Shown here in pieces: positions 30,072 to 41,940 of a DNA stretch of 64,000 nt. The notes under the pieces are model-generated. The model made no database searches and had not been told where the DNA came from. It was given only the letters and a program-made list of their open reading frames with translations. This DNA is from an uncultured Acidobacteriota bacterium (GTDB lineage Bacteria > Acidobacteriota > Thermoanaerobaculia > Multivoradales > SZUA-115): positions 832,001-896,000 of the forward strand of contig CAWDVR010000002.1 in NCBI GenBank assembly GCA_963805975.1, in the 5' to 3' direction. Made by a program: the position numbers and the translations under genes. Each line of letters opens with the position of its first letter. Position 1 is the stretch's first letter.

Positions 30072-31291
30072 GGCGGTGGCGCGAATTCCTCAAACAACAT
30101 CTGTTGCACTCTAGAGGGGTCGGCCATCTGCGCCGGGTCAGGCAATAGCTGATTCATCCGCAGGAGCTCCCCAGGTGTGAAGAGCTGATCCTTGAGCACG
30201 GCGCGCCCGGTCTCGTCGATAGGCCCGATCTTGGTGGTTCCATGGTCCGAAACGACCGCGAGGAGGGAATCGGTGTCAATATGGCGATTGTCGAGCAGCT
30301 CGGGGCTATGGCTGGTGACGATCACCTGAGTGGATCGGCTAGCCTCGATCAACGCATCGAGAAGAGTTCCGGCAGCGGCAGGATGGAGCCCAGCTTCTGG
30401 CTCCTCGATTCCCACCAGAGGAATCGAAGCTGCACTATTGGCACCTTGAAAGAGGGCCACCAGCAGGCCCAGAGCGCGGAGAGTACCGTCTGACATGTTG
30501 ACCGCCGTGAATCTCCAGGAGTGCTTGGAGCCGGCGACATCCTGTCGAAATTCCACTGTCTCCTTGTGGCCCAAGGCCCTGGCGTCGACAGCGGTGATTC
30601 CGGGAACCACCACGGACAAGTACTCCTCGACCCTCTGCTTGACCTCAGGCGAGTTTCTGGCCAGCTCCGCCAGCACACTTGCCAGGTTGCTGCCATCGCG
30701 CTTGAGCAGGGTACCCTCATCAGGTTGTTGGAGATCCTTGATGAGATCTGGATTCAAATTGTAGAAGCCCATTCTCGACAACTGATCAAAGAGGGGTCGA
30801 AACTCGGGCAAACCGGCCGCCGCGACCAGGTAGAGGCGGTCCCTGGCAGCCGGAGGTGCAACTGCCATCGACGCGTCAACTACTTCGCCGTGGCGCACAC
30901 GATAGTGAGAGGCGCCCACTAGAGGGTCGTAGATCTCGCAGAACTCCTCTTGAACGACGTAGCCACCGCTCCTGAGGGCGCCGATCTTGTAAGAAAAGAC
31001 TGCGAAGCCATGAGCAGGAAGCTGGACCTCGAGTCGACATCCGAAATGAGTCGGATGTCCACCGGAGCGTCGCCTCACTTCACCGATGCCGCTCCGATCC
31101 TTGAGTGCAAGGTCGAGAGTGGTGCGAAGGCTCTCCGCGACCAGCCGTAGCGCGTCCAGAAAGTTGCTCTTTCCTGCGCCGTTTGGGCCTACCAGAAATG
31201 TGAGCGGACCGAGCCGCACATCGCAAGCCGCGATGCTCCGGTAATTCTCGAGGACGACTCGAGCAAGAAACGCTCGTTTCACGTCTGGCAT
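30068..31291 (-). CDS. ABC-type (AAA_21-like) ATPase
   Basis: LENYRSI, Walker A VGPNGAGKSNFLDAL, signature MSDGTLRAL, Walker B/D-loop GIEEPEAGLHP, H-loop VTSHSPELLD. ATG 31291. More A/T-rich than its flanks. Confidence 0.9.
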   Translation of the reverse strand: MPDVKRAFLARVVLENYRSIAACDVRLGPLTFLVGPNGAGKSNFLDALRLVAESLRTTLDLALKDRSGIGEVRRRSGGHPTHFGCRLEVQLPAHGFAVFSYKIGALRSGGYVVQEEFCEIYDPLVGASHYRVRHGEVVDASMAVAPPAARDRLYLVAAAGLPEFRPLFDQLSRMGFYNLNPDLIKDLQQPDEGTLLKRDGSNLASVLAELARNSPEVKQRVEEYLSVVVPGITAVDARALGHKETVEFRQDVAGSKHSWRFTAVNMSDGTLRALGLLVALFQGANSAASIPLVGIEEPEAGLHPAAAGTLLDALIEASRSTQVIVTSHSPELLDNRHIDTDSLLAVVSDHGTTKIGPIDETGRAVLKDQLFTPGELLRMNQLLPDPAQMADPSRVQQMLFEEFAPPP

Positions 31292-31311
31292 TGTTACATA
31301 CCGGCGCCGCC

Positions 31312-32571
31312 CTACCCCACCTTCGGCAGCCCCACCGTGACCTGGATCTTCTCCGGATGGAGGTGGCGGCGGGCGGCGGCTAGGGTGGTGGCGCGGTCGG
31401 GCCGGCGGAGCTCGGCCTCGCGCCAGTCCGGGTCGTCGAGCGGCAGGCCGTAGAACTCGGTCTCGGCCAGGATCTCCGCCCACTGCCGGGCGGTCTCGCG
31501 GCGGAAGGGCTCGCGGCCCAGGAGGTAGGCCCGCGCCTCCTCGAGCTCGTCTTCCCCCGGCCCCTCCTCGAGGAAGCGCACGACCTCCTCGATCACGCCG
31601 CGCTCGGCCTGCGCCACGGTGGCCGGCGAGGTGCCGACGTAGGCGACCAGCCGGCCCGGATCGAGGCCGGCACCGGCCATGGTCTGCGCGTAGGCGGTGT
31701 AGGCCAGGCCCTCGCGCTCGCGGATGCGGGTCGGGATGCGGCCGGTGAGGCCCGAGCCCGCGCCCAGCACCACGGCCGCCAGCTCGAGCGCCGCCGCGTC
31801 CGGGTGCCGGCGCGCCAGGGTGAGGTGGCCGAGGTAGAGGTGGGCCTGGTCCACGCCCTTGAGACCGACCTCGCGCCGTGGCTCGCTGGCCGTGGGAAGC
31901 GAGATCTCGGCCTCCGGCGCGCCGCCGCCGACCGCGGTGCCGAAGAGCTCGGCGGCCCGCGCCGTCACCGCGTCCTCGTCGATCTCCCCCGCCACCGTCA
32001 CGATGGCGCCGCGGGCGAGCGTCGCGCGGTGGCAGGCGCGCAGGATCTCCGGCGTCAGGAGGGCGAGGCTCTCGGGGTCGCCCTGCAGGCGCCGGCCGCG
32101 GGGATGGGGCGTGTAGAGCTGCTCCATGAAGCCCCAGGCGGTGCGCACCTCGGGCTGGTCGCCCATGCTCTCGAGCTCGGCCTCGGTCTGCCGCCGCAGC
32201 CAGGTGCAGCGGTCCTCCGGAAAGGAGGGCTCGAGCGCCAGCTCGGCGGCCCACTCGAGAGCCAGCTCCCAGTCCGACGCCAGGGCGTCGACCGCGACGC
32301 TCTCGGACTCGAAGGTCCCGGCGGTGGTCAGGATCATGCCCTTGGCCTCGAAGTCCTCGCCCAGGCGCCGCCAGTCGCGGCGCCGCGTGCCCTCGCCCAG
32401 CATGCGGCCGGTGACGTAGGCCTCGCCGGGCAGGCGCTCGCGCCGCGCGCCGCCGGGCAGCACGACCCGTACGGCGACCACCGGCACGCCGGCCACGTGC
32501 CGCGCGCGGATGGTGAGCGCGCTCGCGGGCCGCGCCTCGACGGCGGCCTCCGGGCTGATCACGGCGGTCAT
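31312..32571 (-). CDS. M16 (pitrilysin/MPP-like) peptidase, non-catalytic subunit
   Basis: M16 fold segments (MLGEGT, LALEPSFPE, QAHLYLG, IREREGLAYTAYA); lacks HxxEH; ATGA-coupled to the upstream subunit. Confidence 0.88.
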   Translation of the reverse strand: MTAVISPEAAVEARPASALTIRARHVAGVPVVAVRVVLPGGARRERLPGEAYVTGRMLGEGTRRRDWRRLGEDFEAKGMILTTAGTFESESVAVDALASDWELALEWAAELALEPSFPEDRCTWLRRQTEAELESMGDQPEVRTAWGFMEQLYTPHPRGRRLQGDPESLALLTPEILRACHRATLARGAIVTVAGEIDEDAVTARAAELFGTAVGGGAPEAEISLPTASEPRREVGLKGVDQAHLYLGHLTLARRHPDAAALELAAVVLGAGSGLTGRIPTRIREREGLAYTAYAQTMAGAGLDPGRLVAYVGTSPATVAQAERGVIEEVVRFLEEGPGEDELEEARAYLLGREPFRRETARQWAEILAETEFYGLPLDDPDWREAELRRPDRATTLAAARRHLHPEKIQVTVGLPKVG

Positions 32572-33932
32572 GCGTCCCCGTCCTCACCGTCTCCCGAATC
32601 GGTGGCCTCGGCTCCTTCGGAACCGCTTTCGCCGGGCAGCGACCAGCCGAGCACCGCGCCCTGCTCGGGGTCGAGATAGCGCGCCGCCGCCTCGGACACC
32701 GCTTCGGCCGGCAGCGCCAGGAGGCGCGCGAGCTGTTGCTCCGGGTGCTCGAGATCGAAGAGCGTCAGGGCGGCGCCGGCCGCGAGCGCCTGCTGGTGCA
32801 CGCGCTCGTGGCCGAACACCCAGTCCGCGACCAGGATCCGGCGGCCCCGTTCCAGCTCTTCGGCCGCGGGGGGCTCGCGCCGCACCCGGGCGAGCTCGGC
32901 CATCAGCACCTCTTCCACCTGCCGTGGCTCGGCGCCCGCCACCAGCTCGGCGGCGACGCCGATGAAGCCCGGGTCCAGGTTCTCGGAGAGCTCGAACGAC
33001 ACCCAGGAGCAGAGCTGGCCCTCGTCCACCAGCGCGCGGTGCAGGCGGCTGGCGCGGCCACCGCCCAGAAGGCAGGCCAGCATCCGCGCCGCCGGGTGGT
33101 CCGCCGCGGTGCCGGCCGGCCCCGGCAGGGCGAGCAGCAGCCGCGCCACGTCGCCGTGCCGGCGCTCGATGCGCACCAGGCCGGGAAGCGGCGCCGGGGC
33201 TTCCGCCACGGGCCGCGCCGGCGGCGGGCCGCCGGGCAGGCCGCCGAAGGCCTTCTCCACCAGGTCGAGCGCCGGCTCTCCCACGTCGCCGGCCACCACC
33301 AGCACGGCGTTGGCCGGTGCATACCACTGCGCATGGAAGGCTCGCACCTCGTCGGGCCCGACGTTTCGGAGGTCGTCCCGCGTGCCGAGCACCGGCCGGC
33401 CGTAGGGGTGGCGCGAGAAGAGCGCCCGGTGCACGGCCATCTCGAGAGCGTCCCAGGGGTCGCCCTCGTACATCGAGATCTCCTCGAGCACCACCTGCCG
33501 CTCGCTCGCCACCTCCTTGGGGTCGAGCGTCAGGCCGGCCATGCGGTCTGCCTCGATGGCCAGCGCTTCTGCCCAGCGGTCGGGCGCGAAGTCGAAGTAG
33601 TAGGCCGTCATGTCGTGGCCGGTGAAGGCGTTGTTCGAGCCGCCCAAGGCCTGGGTGCGGCGGTCGATCTCCCCTGGGCCATAGCGCGCCGAGCCCTTGA
33701 ACATCAGGTGCTCGAGGAAATGCGCGATGCCGCCCTGGCCTGCCGCCTCGTCGCGAGTGCCGGCGCGGTAGAAAAGGGCGCTGGTGACGACCGGCGCGCG
33801 GCGGTTCTCCAGCCGGCAGACGGTGAGCCCGTTGGCGAGCGTACTGACGTGAGCCGTTCCCGGCAGCCGCGGCACGACGGCGGGCCGTGCCGCCTCAGCT
33901 CCGGTGAAAAGGCGCCGCGCGCTCGCTCGCAT
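32568..33932 (-). CDS. M16 zinc peptidase, catalytic subunit
   Basis: TLANGL, GIAHFLEHLMFKGS (HxxEH), NAFTGHDMTAYY, ERQVVLEE, HPYGRPVLG. Confidence 0.92.
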   Translation of the reverse strand: MRASARRLFTGAEAARPAVVPRLPGTAHVSTLANGLTVCRLENRRAPVVTSALFYRAGTRDEAAGQGGIAHFLEHLMFKGSARYGPGEIDRRTQALGGSNNAFTGHDMTAYYFDFAPDRWAEALAIEADRMAGLTLDPKEVASERQVVLEEISMYEGDPWDALEMAVHRALFSRHPYGRPVLGTRDDLRNVGPDEVRAFHAQWYAPANAVLVVAGDVGEPALDLVEKAFGGLPGGPPPARPVAEAPAPLPGLVRIERRHGDVARLLLALPGPAGTAADHPAARMLACLLGGGRASRLHRALVDEGQLCSWVSFELSENLDPGFIGVAAELVAGAEPRQVEEVLMAELARVRREPPAAEELERGRRILVADWVFGHERVHQQALAAGAALTLFDLEHPEQQLARLLALPAEAVSEAAARYLDPEQGAVLGWSLPGESGSEGAEATDSGDGEDGDA

Positions 33933-33939
33933 GCGGGTG

Positions 33940-35999
<2,060 letters not shown>

Positions 36000-36003
<4 letters not shown>

Positions 36004-36242
36004 GGGGCGGACCGTGGATCGGGGTCTGATTCCCGCTCGGCGAGGAGGCGCCGGGCTTCCCCGGCCTCTTCGGCCGGCACCCGCACCCGCGCCTCGCCCA
36101 GACGACCGAAGGTGGCCGGCTCCTGGTGAAAGACCAGAGACTCGACCTCGGCCGCCAGACCCTGCGCCTGGAGGTAGCCCGCGATCAACGCCGCCTCCTC
36201 ATCCGTACCCACCACCGCGACGATTTCCCAGGTGTCACTCAT
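36000..36242 (-). CDS. DUF2007-like small putative signal-transduction protein
   Basis: MSDTWEIVAVVGTDEEAALIAGYLQAQGL...RVRVPAEEAGEARRLL pattern. Confidence 0.75.
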
Positions 36243-36331
36243 CGCCCGAGATGATACCCCAGAGGCTCCGAGCATCGGCTCCCCCGAGCCGACCTTGATT
36301 GTGGAACTTCATGTGGAGTAGGTTCGTCACC

Positions 36332-36565
36332 ATGCAGACGATTCAGGTGGTCATCGACGAAGAGCTCCTGGAAGCTGCGGATCGCCACGCGCGGCGGGCA
36401 AAGGTCAACCGCTCTGCGTTGCTGCGGGAGGCTCTCAGAGGCTACCTCAAGCAGCAGGAGGCAAGAGAGAAGGAGCGGCGGGACCGTGCGGGGTACGAGC
36501 GCCATCCCGACATCGAAGCCGAGTTCTCCGGCTGGGAGAGGGTGGCCGTATGGCCCGAGGAATAG
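36332..36565 (+). CDS. Ribbon-helix-helix antitoxin (CopG/MazE-like)
   Basis: MQTIQVVIDEELLEAADRHARRAKVNRSALLREAL (RHH); overlaps the toxin gene; TTGATT-18nt-TAGGTT upstream. Confidence 0.85.
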   Translation: MQTIQVVIDEELLEAADRHARRAKVNRSALLREALRGYLKQQEAREKERRDRAGYERHPDIEAEFSGWERVAVWPEE

Positions 36566-36882
36566 AGCGCGGTGAGGTCCGGCTGTGCAGCTTTCCCACG
36601 CCGGACAAGGCGCGACCCGTCCTGGTGCTGACCCGAGGCTCCGCGGTCCGCTATTTGTCGCGGGTGACTGTCGCCCCCATCACTTCGAGTATCCGCGGCG
36701 TACCGTCCGAAGTGATCCTCGACGTCGCGGACGGGATGAAGCAGCGCTGCGCTGCCAATCTCCACAACTTGGTGACTGTGGCACAGGAGAGCCTGGGTGG
36801 CCGCCTGGCGCAGGTGCCCGCGGACCGCATGCGGGAGGCTTGTGCTGCCCTCGCCTTTGCGCTGGGCTGCGACGGCGACTGA
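36550..36882 (+). CDS. mazF: MazF/PemK family endoribonuclease toxin
   Basis: RGEV...DKARPVLVLTR...VTVAPITSSIRG...ALAFALG. Confidence 0.88.
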   Translation: MARGIERGEVRLCSFPTPDKARPVLVLTRGSAVRYLSRVTVAPITSSIRGVPSEVILDVADGMKQRCAANLHNLVTVAQESLGGRLAQVPADRMREACAALAFALGCDGD

Positions 36883-36898
36883 GCCGCCGCTTCGAATC

Positions 36899-37705
36899 TC
36901 AGCCCCGCCCGTGGCTCCCGGCCTCGCCGAAGACCCACTTTCCCGCGTCCCACTCGAGCTCGCTCACGGCGAAGCCCTCTTCCCGCACCTCGATCCACCA
37001 GGCGCCGTTGACTTTCGGGCCGTGGCTGCGGAAGCGGCTCGAGGTGCTGGTGCCGGAGTGGAGGATGAGGACGGGCGGGCCGGTGCCGGGGAAGAACTGC
37101 CGGGAGCCGGCCTGGTAGGAGACGTGGGCGTGGCCGGAAAGGATGAGCTGCGCCCCGGCCGCCGCAAGGGCACTCACCACCTCCGCGGCGTTGCCGACCG
37201 GCCGATAGCTCCCGAACTCGGGCGGGTCGATCAGATTGTGGTGCGCGACCACGATCTTGAAGAGCCGCGCCGGGGCCTCCCGAAGCCGGGCCACGGCCCG
37301 CTCGAGCTGCGTACGGGTAATGCGGCCGTCGCGGACGGTCCAGTGGAAGGCGGTGTTGACGCCCACGACCAGCAGCTCCTCGTCGCGGAAGACGGGCTCG
37401 AGATCGGCGTCGAAGTGCCGGCGATAGGCGCGCAGGGGAGCGAGAAAGCGCTCCAGGAACGCCCAGCGATACATGGGCACGTCGTGGTTGCCGGGAACGG
37501 CGAGCACCGGCACCGGCAGGCTGTCCAGCCACTGCCGCGCCTCCCGGAACTGCCGGGCCTTGGCGCGCTGGGTGAGATCGCCGGAGACGACCACCAGGTC
37601 CGGCTTGCGTTCGACGATCAGCTCGGCAACGCCCCGCGCCGCCGCCGGCAGATGCGGCGGCCCGAAATGGACGTCCGAGATGTGGAGGATGTGGCGTGGG
37701 CTCAG
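36899..37705 (-). CDS. Calcineurin-like metallophosphoesterase
   Basis: HISDVHFG, SGDLTQ, VPGNHD, VAHHN, LSGHAH. The first motif lies upstream of the tracked ORF; the best available start is CTG 37705. Confidence 0.88.
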   Translation of the reverse strand: MSPRHILHISDVHFGPPHLPAAARGVAELIVERKPDLVVVSGDLTQRAKARQFREARQWLDSLPVPVLAVPGNHDVPMYRWAFLERFLAPLRAYRRHFDADLEPVFRDEELLVVGVNTAFHWTVRDGRITRTQLERAVARLREAPARLFKIVVAHHNLIDPPEFGSYRPVGNAAEVVSALAAAGAQLILSGHAHVSYQAGSRQFFPGTGPPVLILHSGTSTSSRFRSHGPKVNGAWWIEVREEGFAVSELEWDAGKWVFGEAGSHGRG

Positions 37706-37953
37706 AGGACTTCGTCACCCAGGAGCTGGTTGACCTGACGGGTGATCTGCGCCGCGGCGAAGGTCGAGAGCACTTTCATCACCCAATCCCCCTTGGCGCG
37801 GCCCAAGGCGAAGCCGCCGAGCGCGGCGAGCAGCACGGCCGGGATGGGATGGGCCCGCACCAGCTCCTGCCAGTCGAAGTTCTCCGGCAGCAGGTTGCCC
37901 AGCAAACCGCCGTCCGCGTCGTCTCTGTCCTCGGTCGCAGCATCCTCGGTCAC
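37702..37953 (-). CDS. Small hypothetical membrane-anchored protein
   Basis: GAGGAG RBS, GTG start; DWQELVRAHPIPAVLLAALGGFALG resembles ElaB/YqjD-type anchors. Confidence 0.7.
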   Translation of the reverse strand: MTEDAATEDRDDADGGLLGNLLPENFDWQELVRAHPIPAVLLAALGGFALGRAKGDWVMKVLSTFAAAQITRQVNQLLGDEVL

Positions 37954-37981
37954 GGCAATCTCCTCAGCATTCTCTAGAGGT

Positions 37982-38006
37982 GACCGGGGAGCGAGGCTCC
38001 CCGGTC
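37982..38006. terminator. Perfect 11-bp stem-loop downstream of the ElaB-like gene (terminator or mRNA stabiliser)
   Basis: GACCGGGGAGC-GAG-GCTCCCCGGTC; no clear U-tract. Confidence 0.5.
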
Positions 38007-38048
38007 TCGAGCAATCGGACCCTCGAGCGATCGGATCAGAGCCCGTGG

Positions 38049-38432
38049 CTAGTCGTCGTCATTGCCGCGGCGGCGCAGCAAGAGGCCGATCGCGAAGCCC
38101 ACCGAGGCGGCGATCAGGACCGACTTGCCGGGGTTGTCGCGCACGTAGTTGGTGGCGTCGTCCACCAGGCCGTCGAAGTCCTTCTTCACCTTCGAGTAGC
38201 CGCTCTTCAACGAATCGGTGGTGTCGCGGTAGCGCTGGCGAGCCTTCTCGGAGGCGCGCTCGGCGCTCCGGCGCAGGCTCTCGGAGAGCCGCTCGTAGCG
38301 ATCGCTGACCTCTTCACCCACTTCCTCGAGCTTCTCGCGGGTGCTCTCCAAGCCTTCCTTCGCCTTGTCGATCACATCGCCCGCCGCCTCCTTGGCGCGA
38401 TCGAAGGGATCGGTGAGGGTCTCTTTGGCCAT
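38049..38432 (-). CDS. ElaB/YqjD/DUF883 family tail-anchored stress protein
   Basis: GAGGAGG RBS; helical charged repeats; C-terminal YVRDNPGKSVLIAASVGFAIGLLLRRR. Confidence 0.85.
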   Translation of the reverse strand: MAKETLTDPFDRAKEAAGDVIDKAKEGLESTREKLEEVGEEVSDRYERLSESLRRSAERASEKARQRYRDTTDSLKSGYSKVKKDFDGLVDDATNYVRDNPGKSVLIAASVGFAIGLLLRRRGNDDD

Positions 38433-38610
38433 CTGCTTTGCCTCCTCGTCCAGCCCGGCCCGCTGTGGCCAGCGCTCAGAACCAATGTCAGAACCAAAAT
38501 GGTTGAAGCCTGCTCCTCGACGCGTGCGAGGCGCCTTTACTGTAGCGCAGAGAGGCGCATCGGCCAATGGGCGCCTCCGACCTGCGTGCTATGCTTTCCG
38601 GCCTCGAGCC

Positions 38611-40005
38611 ATGGCGACTGTCACCTTCCTCGGAGCTTGCGGCGTCGTCACCGGCAGCTCGACCCTGCTCGAGTGGGGCGAGACGCGCGTCCTCGTCGAC
38701 TGCGGCTTCTACCAGGGCGACGACGAGCTCGAGCAGCGCAACTGGCAACCTTTTCCCTACCAGCCGTCGGCGATCGACGCCGTCATCCTGACCCACGCCC
38801 ACCTCGATCACAGCGGCCTCCTGCCGCGGCTCGTGGCGCAGGGTTTCCATGGGCCGATCTTCGTGGCGCGCGGCGGCCGGCCGCTGGTGCCGCTGGTGCT
38901 CGAGGACTCGGGCGAGATCCAGGAAGAGCAGGCCCGCTACGCCCGGCGCCAGGGCTACAGCCGGCACCCGGTCCCGGCGCCGCTCTACACGCGGGAGAAC
39001 GCCCTCGCCGCCATCCGCCTGCTCGAGGCCCGGCCCTTCGACGAGGACATCGAGATCGCCCCCGGCATCCGGCTCCGCTTCACCCGCGCCGGCCATCTGC
39101 TGGGCGCCGCCTCGGTCGAGGTCACCGCCAAGGCCGGCGACGGGGAGCGCCGCACCTGGTGCTTCTCGGGCGACGTCGGCCGCTACGGCGTGCCGATCCT
39201 CAAGGACCCCGAGCCACCGCCCGGCGAGCACTCGGCCCTGCTCCTCGAATCGACCTACGGCGACCGCCACCACCAGGAGAACGACTCGACCGAGCTCCTG
39301 GGCGGCATCATCGCCGACACCTTCGCACGCGGCGGCACGGTGATCATCCCCGCCTTCGCGCTCGGCCGCACGCAGGAGGTGCTCTACCACCTGCGGGCGC
39401 TGGCCGAGGCCGGCAAGATCGACCCCCGGGACGTGTTCATCGACAGCCCGATGGCGATCGACGCCACCGAGATCTACGAGCGGGCGCGCTCCGAGCACGA
39501 CGAGGATCTGGCCGAGCTGGTGGCCCGGCACGCGAGCCCGCTCGACCGCGCGCTGTTCCAGCGCTGCCGGAGGGTCGAGGAGTCGAAGGCCCTGAACATG
39601 CGCCGCGAGCCGGCGGTGATCGTCGCCGCGAGCGGCATGGCGAACGCCGGCCGCGTGGTGCATCACCTGCTCCACCGCCTGGGCGACCCGGCGAGCGCCG
39701 TGGTGTTCTCCGGCTTCCAGGCCGCCGGCACCCGCGGCCGGGCGCTCATCGACGGCGCCACCTCGGTGGGCATCCACGGCCGGCACGTGGAGGTGCGGGC
39801 CAGGATCCACGGCTTGACCGGGCTCTCGGCGCACGCCGATCAGGGGGAGCTCCTGCGCTGGTGCCGGGCGCTCGCCAGGCCGCCCCAGCGGATCTTCCTG
39901 AACCACGGCGAGGACCCGGCGCGCAAGGCGCTGGCGGCGGTGATCGCCGAGCTGGGCTGGCCGCGGCCGGAGCTGCCGCTCTCGGGCACCACGGTCCCCT
40001 GGTAG
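38611..40005 (+). CDS. MBL-fold beta-CASP ribonuclease
   Basis: FLGACGVVTGS, VDCG, LTHAHLDHSG, AGHLLG, FSGDVG, ESTYGDR, PAFALGRTQE, ASGM, LSAHADQ, NHGE. Confidence 0.93.
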   Translation: MATVTFLGACGVVTGSSTLLEWGETRVLVDCGFYQGDDELEQRNWQPFPYQPSAIDAVILTHAHLDHSGLLPRLVAQGFHGPIFVARGGRPLVPLVLEDSGEIQEEQARYARRQGYSRHPVPAPLYTRENALAAIRLLEARPFDEDIEIAPGIRLRFTRAGHLLGAASVEVTAKAGDGERRTWCFSGDVGRYGVPILKDPEPPPGEHSALLLESTYGDRHHQENDSTELLGGIIADTFARGGTVIIPAFALGRTQEVLYHLRALAEAGKIDPRDVFIDSPMAIDATEIYERARSEHDEDLAELVARHASPLDRALFQRCRRVEESKALNMRREPAVIVAASGMANAGRVVHHLLHRLGDPASAVVFSGFQAAGTRGRALIDGATSVGIHGRHVEVRARIHGLTGLSAHADQGELLRWCRALARPPQRIFLNHGEDPARKALAAVIAELGWPRPELPLSGTTVPW

Positions 40006-40010
40006 CTACC

Positions 40011-41876
40011 TCACGGCTGGAGATCCGTCGGGAACAGCAGCCGCAGCGGCCGGGTGCCCGCTGCGGGCGGCACCCCGGTCTCCAGGGCCCGGGGCAGATC
40101 GATCGAGAAGGCGGCGCCGCGGCCGAGGTCGGACTCGCAGGTCACGGTCCCCCCCATCCCTTCCACCAACCGCTTGACGATCGACAGGCCCAGCCCGGAG
40201 CCGCCGGTCACCCGCGAGGTGGCGGGCGTCATCTGCGAGAACTGATCGAACAGCCGGTGGTGCAGCTCGGACGGGATGCCCGGCCCCTGGTCGCGCACCG
40301 ACACGGTCACCCGGCCGTCGTGGCTCCCGGCGGCCACCGCCACCTCGCCGCCCTCGGGCGAGAACTTGATGGCGTTCGATAGCAGGTTGCCGAGCACCTG
40401 GAGGAGGCGCGCCTCGTCCGCCATCACGCGCAGGCCCGGCTCGATCACGGCCAGGGTCAGGAACACGGGCCGGGTGTCGGCGAAAGCCTGCATCCCCCGG
40501 ACCGCCTCCTCGACGACGGAAGCGACAGGCAGCGGCCGGAGGTCGAACCGCATCTTGCCCACCGCCAGCCGCTGCAGGTCGAGGAGGTCGTTGATCAACT
40601 GCAGCAGCCGCTGGCTGTTCCGGTGGGCCACGGCCAGCAGCTCGCGGGCCCGCTCCTCCCCGCCCGGTAGCCGACCTCCCTCGAGCAGGCCCAAGGCGGC
40701 GATGATCGAGGTCAGCGGCGTGCGCAGCTCGTGGCCGAGGGTGGAGATGAACTCGCTCTTCATGCGATCGATCCGCAGCCGCTCCGAGATGTCGCGGAAG
40801 ATGCCGAGCGTGCCGGCGGGCCGGCCGGCCTCGAGCCGCGGGGTGAGGCTGCCCTCGACCGCGATCTCGGCGCCCGACTGGGTCACCAGCGCGACCTCGA
40901 TCCGGCTCAGCTCCTCTCCCGCCTGGGTGCGGCGCAGGGCGTCCTCGCAGTAGGCGTGAAAACGGGGATGGATCACGTCCCACACCTCGAGCTGCTCCAC
41001 CTCGTGGGCGCGGTAGCCCAGGGCCTCGCGCCAGGCGCGGTTGACGAACTCGAAGCGGCCAGCCGGCGTGACGCTCTGGATCAGGTCGTTGGCGCTGTCG
41101 AGAAGCGCGTGGTACTTGGCCTCGCTCTCGGCGAGCGCCCGGCTGTTGAGCGCCAGGATCTGGCCCGTCTGCTCGATCTGCCGGCTGAGCTGAACCTGCA
41201 CCGTCTTGCCTTGCCGCAGGCTCGCCAGATAGCCGAGCAGGAGACCACCCAAGAGCGTGGCGTAGGCAAGGAGCCTCTGGCCCTGCGCCAGGACGGCCGC
41301 GGCATCGATCGCCTGCGAGCTCACCCAGCTCTCCAGCCGGGCCAGGGCCTGGGGCACCGACGAGAGGACGACCCCTAAGCCCAGGAAGGTCCGGGCGCCT
41401 TTCTGCAGCGTCCACCAGCCGAAAGCCGCGGTCACGGCGAGCAGCAGCCAGGCTCCGAGATCTGGGTGCGTGCTCGGGCGGGCCAGGGCGGCAGCCCCGT
41501 CCGTCGAGATCGAGCGCCCCCAGGCGATCCCAAGGCGATAGAGGTCGAAGCTCGAGACCACTGCCATCGCGGAGCCCAAGGCCAGCGCTTCCCGGTCCCG
41601 TCCGAGCAGTCCCCGTCCCCCCGCCAACAGGGTGATCACCAGAGCCAGGAGAGTGATCGCGGTCTCGGTCTGGACCTCGAAGGCGAGGGCGGCGTGCGGG
41701 TTGCCCTCGAGGAGCCGCGCCAACCCCTCGGCGCTCCAGCTCTCCCCTCGCGGCCCGCTGAGGAGGTGGCCGGCGAGGGACAGCCCGAACGCCAGCGCCA
41801 GCACCGCGACCACGAAGGCGGCGCGCGCCCGGTGCTCGGTCCGCGGCACACCCCACCGGCCGGCGCCCGCGTTCAT
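40011..41876 (-). CDS. Membrane sensor histidine kinase with PAS domain
   Basis: Several TM helices, PAS (FVNRAWREALGY), H-box GHELRTPLTSI, NLLSNAIKFS, DQGPGIP, GSGLGLSIVK. Confidence 0.93.
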   Translation of the reverse strand: MNAGAGRWGVPRTEHRARAAFVVAVLALAFGLSLAGHLLSGPRGESWSAEGLARLLEGNPHAALAFEVQTETAITLLALVITLLAGGRGLLGRDREALALGSAMAVVSSFDLYRLGIAWGRSISTDGAAALARPSTHPDLGAWLLLAVTAAFGWWTLQKGARTFLGLGVVLSSVPQALARLESWVSSQAIDAAAVLAQGQRLLAYATLLGGLLLGYLASLRQGKTVQVQLSRQIEQTGQILALNSRALAESEAKYHALLDSANDLIQSVTPAGRFEFVNRAWREALGYRAHEVEQLEVWDVIHPRFHAYCEDALRRTQAGEELSRIEVALVTQSGAEIAVEGSLTPRLEAGRPAGTLGIFRDISERLRIDRMKSEFISTLGHELRTPLTSIIAALGLLEGGRLPGGEERARELLAVAHRNSQRLLQLINDLLDLQRLAVGKMRFDLRPLPVASVVEEAVRGMQAFADTRPVFLTLAVIEPGLRVMADEARLLQVLGNLLSNAIKFSPEGGEVAVAAGSHDGRVTVSVRDQGPGIPSELHHRLFDQFSQMTPATSRVTGGSGLGLSIVKRLVEGMGGTVTCESDLGRGAAFSIDLPRALETGVPPAAGTRPLRLLFPTDLQP

Positions 41877-41940
41877 GGCCGGGAGCGCGGCGGGTCGGGC
41901 ATGCAGGTAAACATCAATGTCAAGGTTAGTATAAGTAGCC

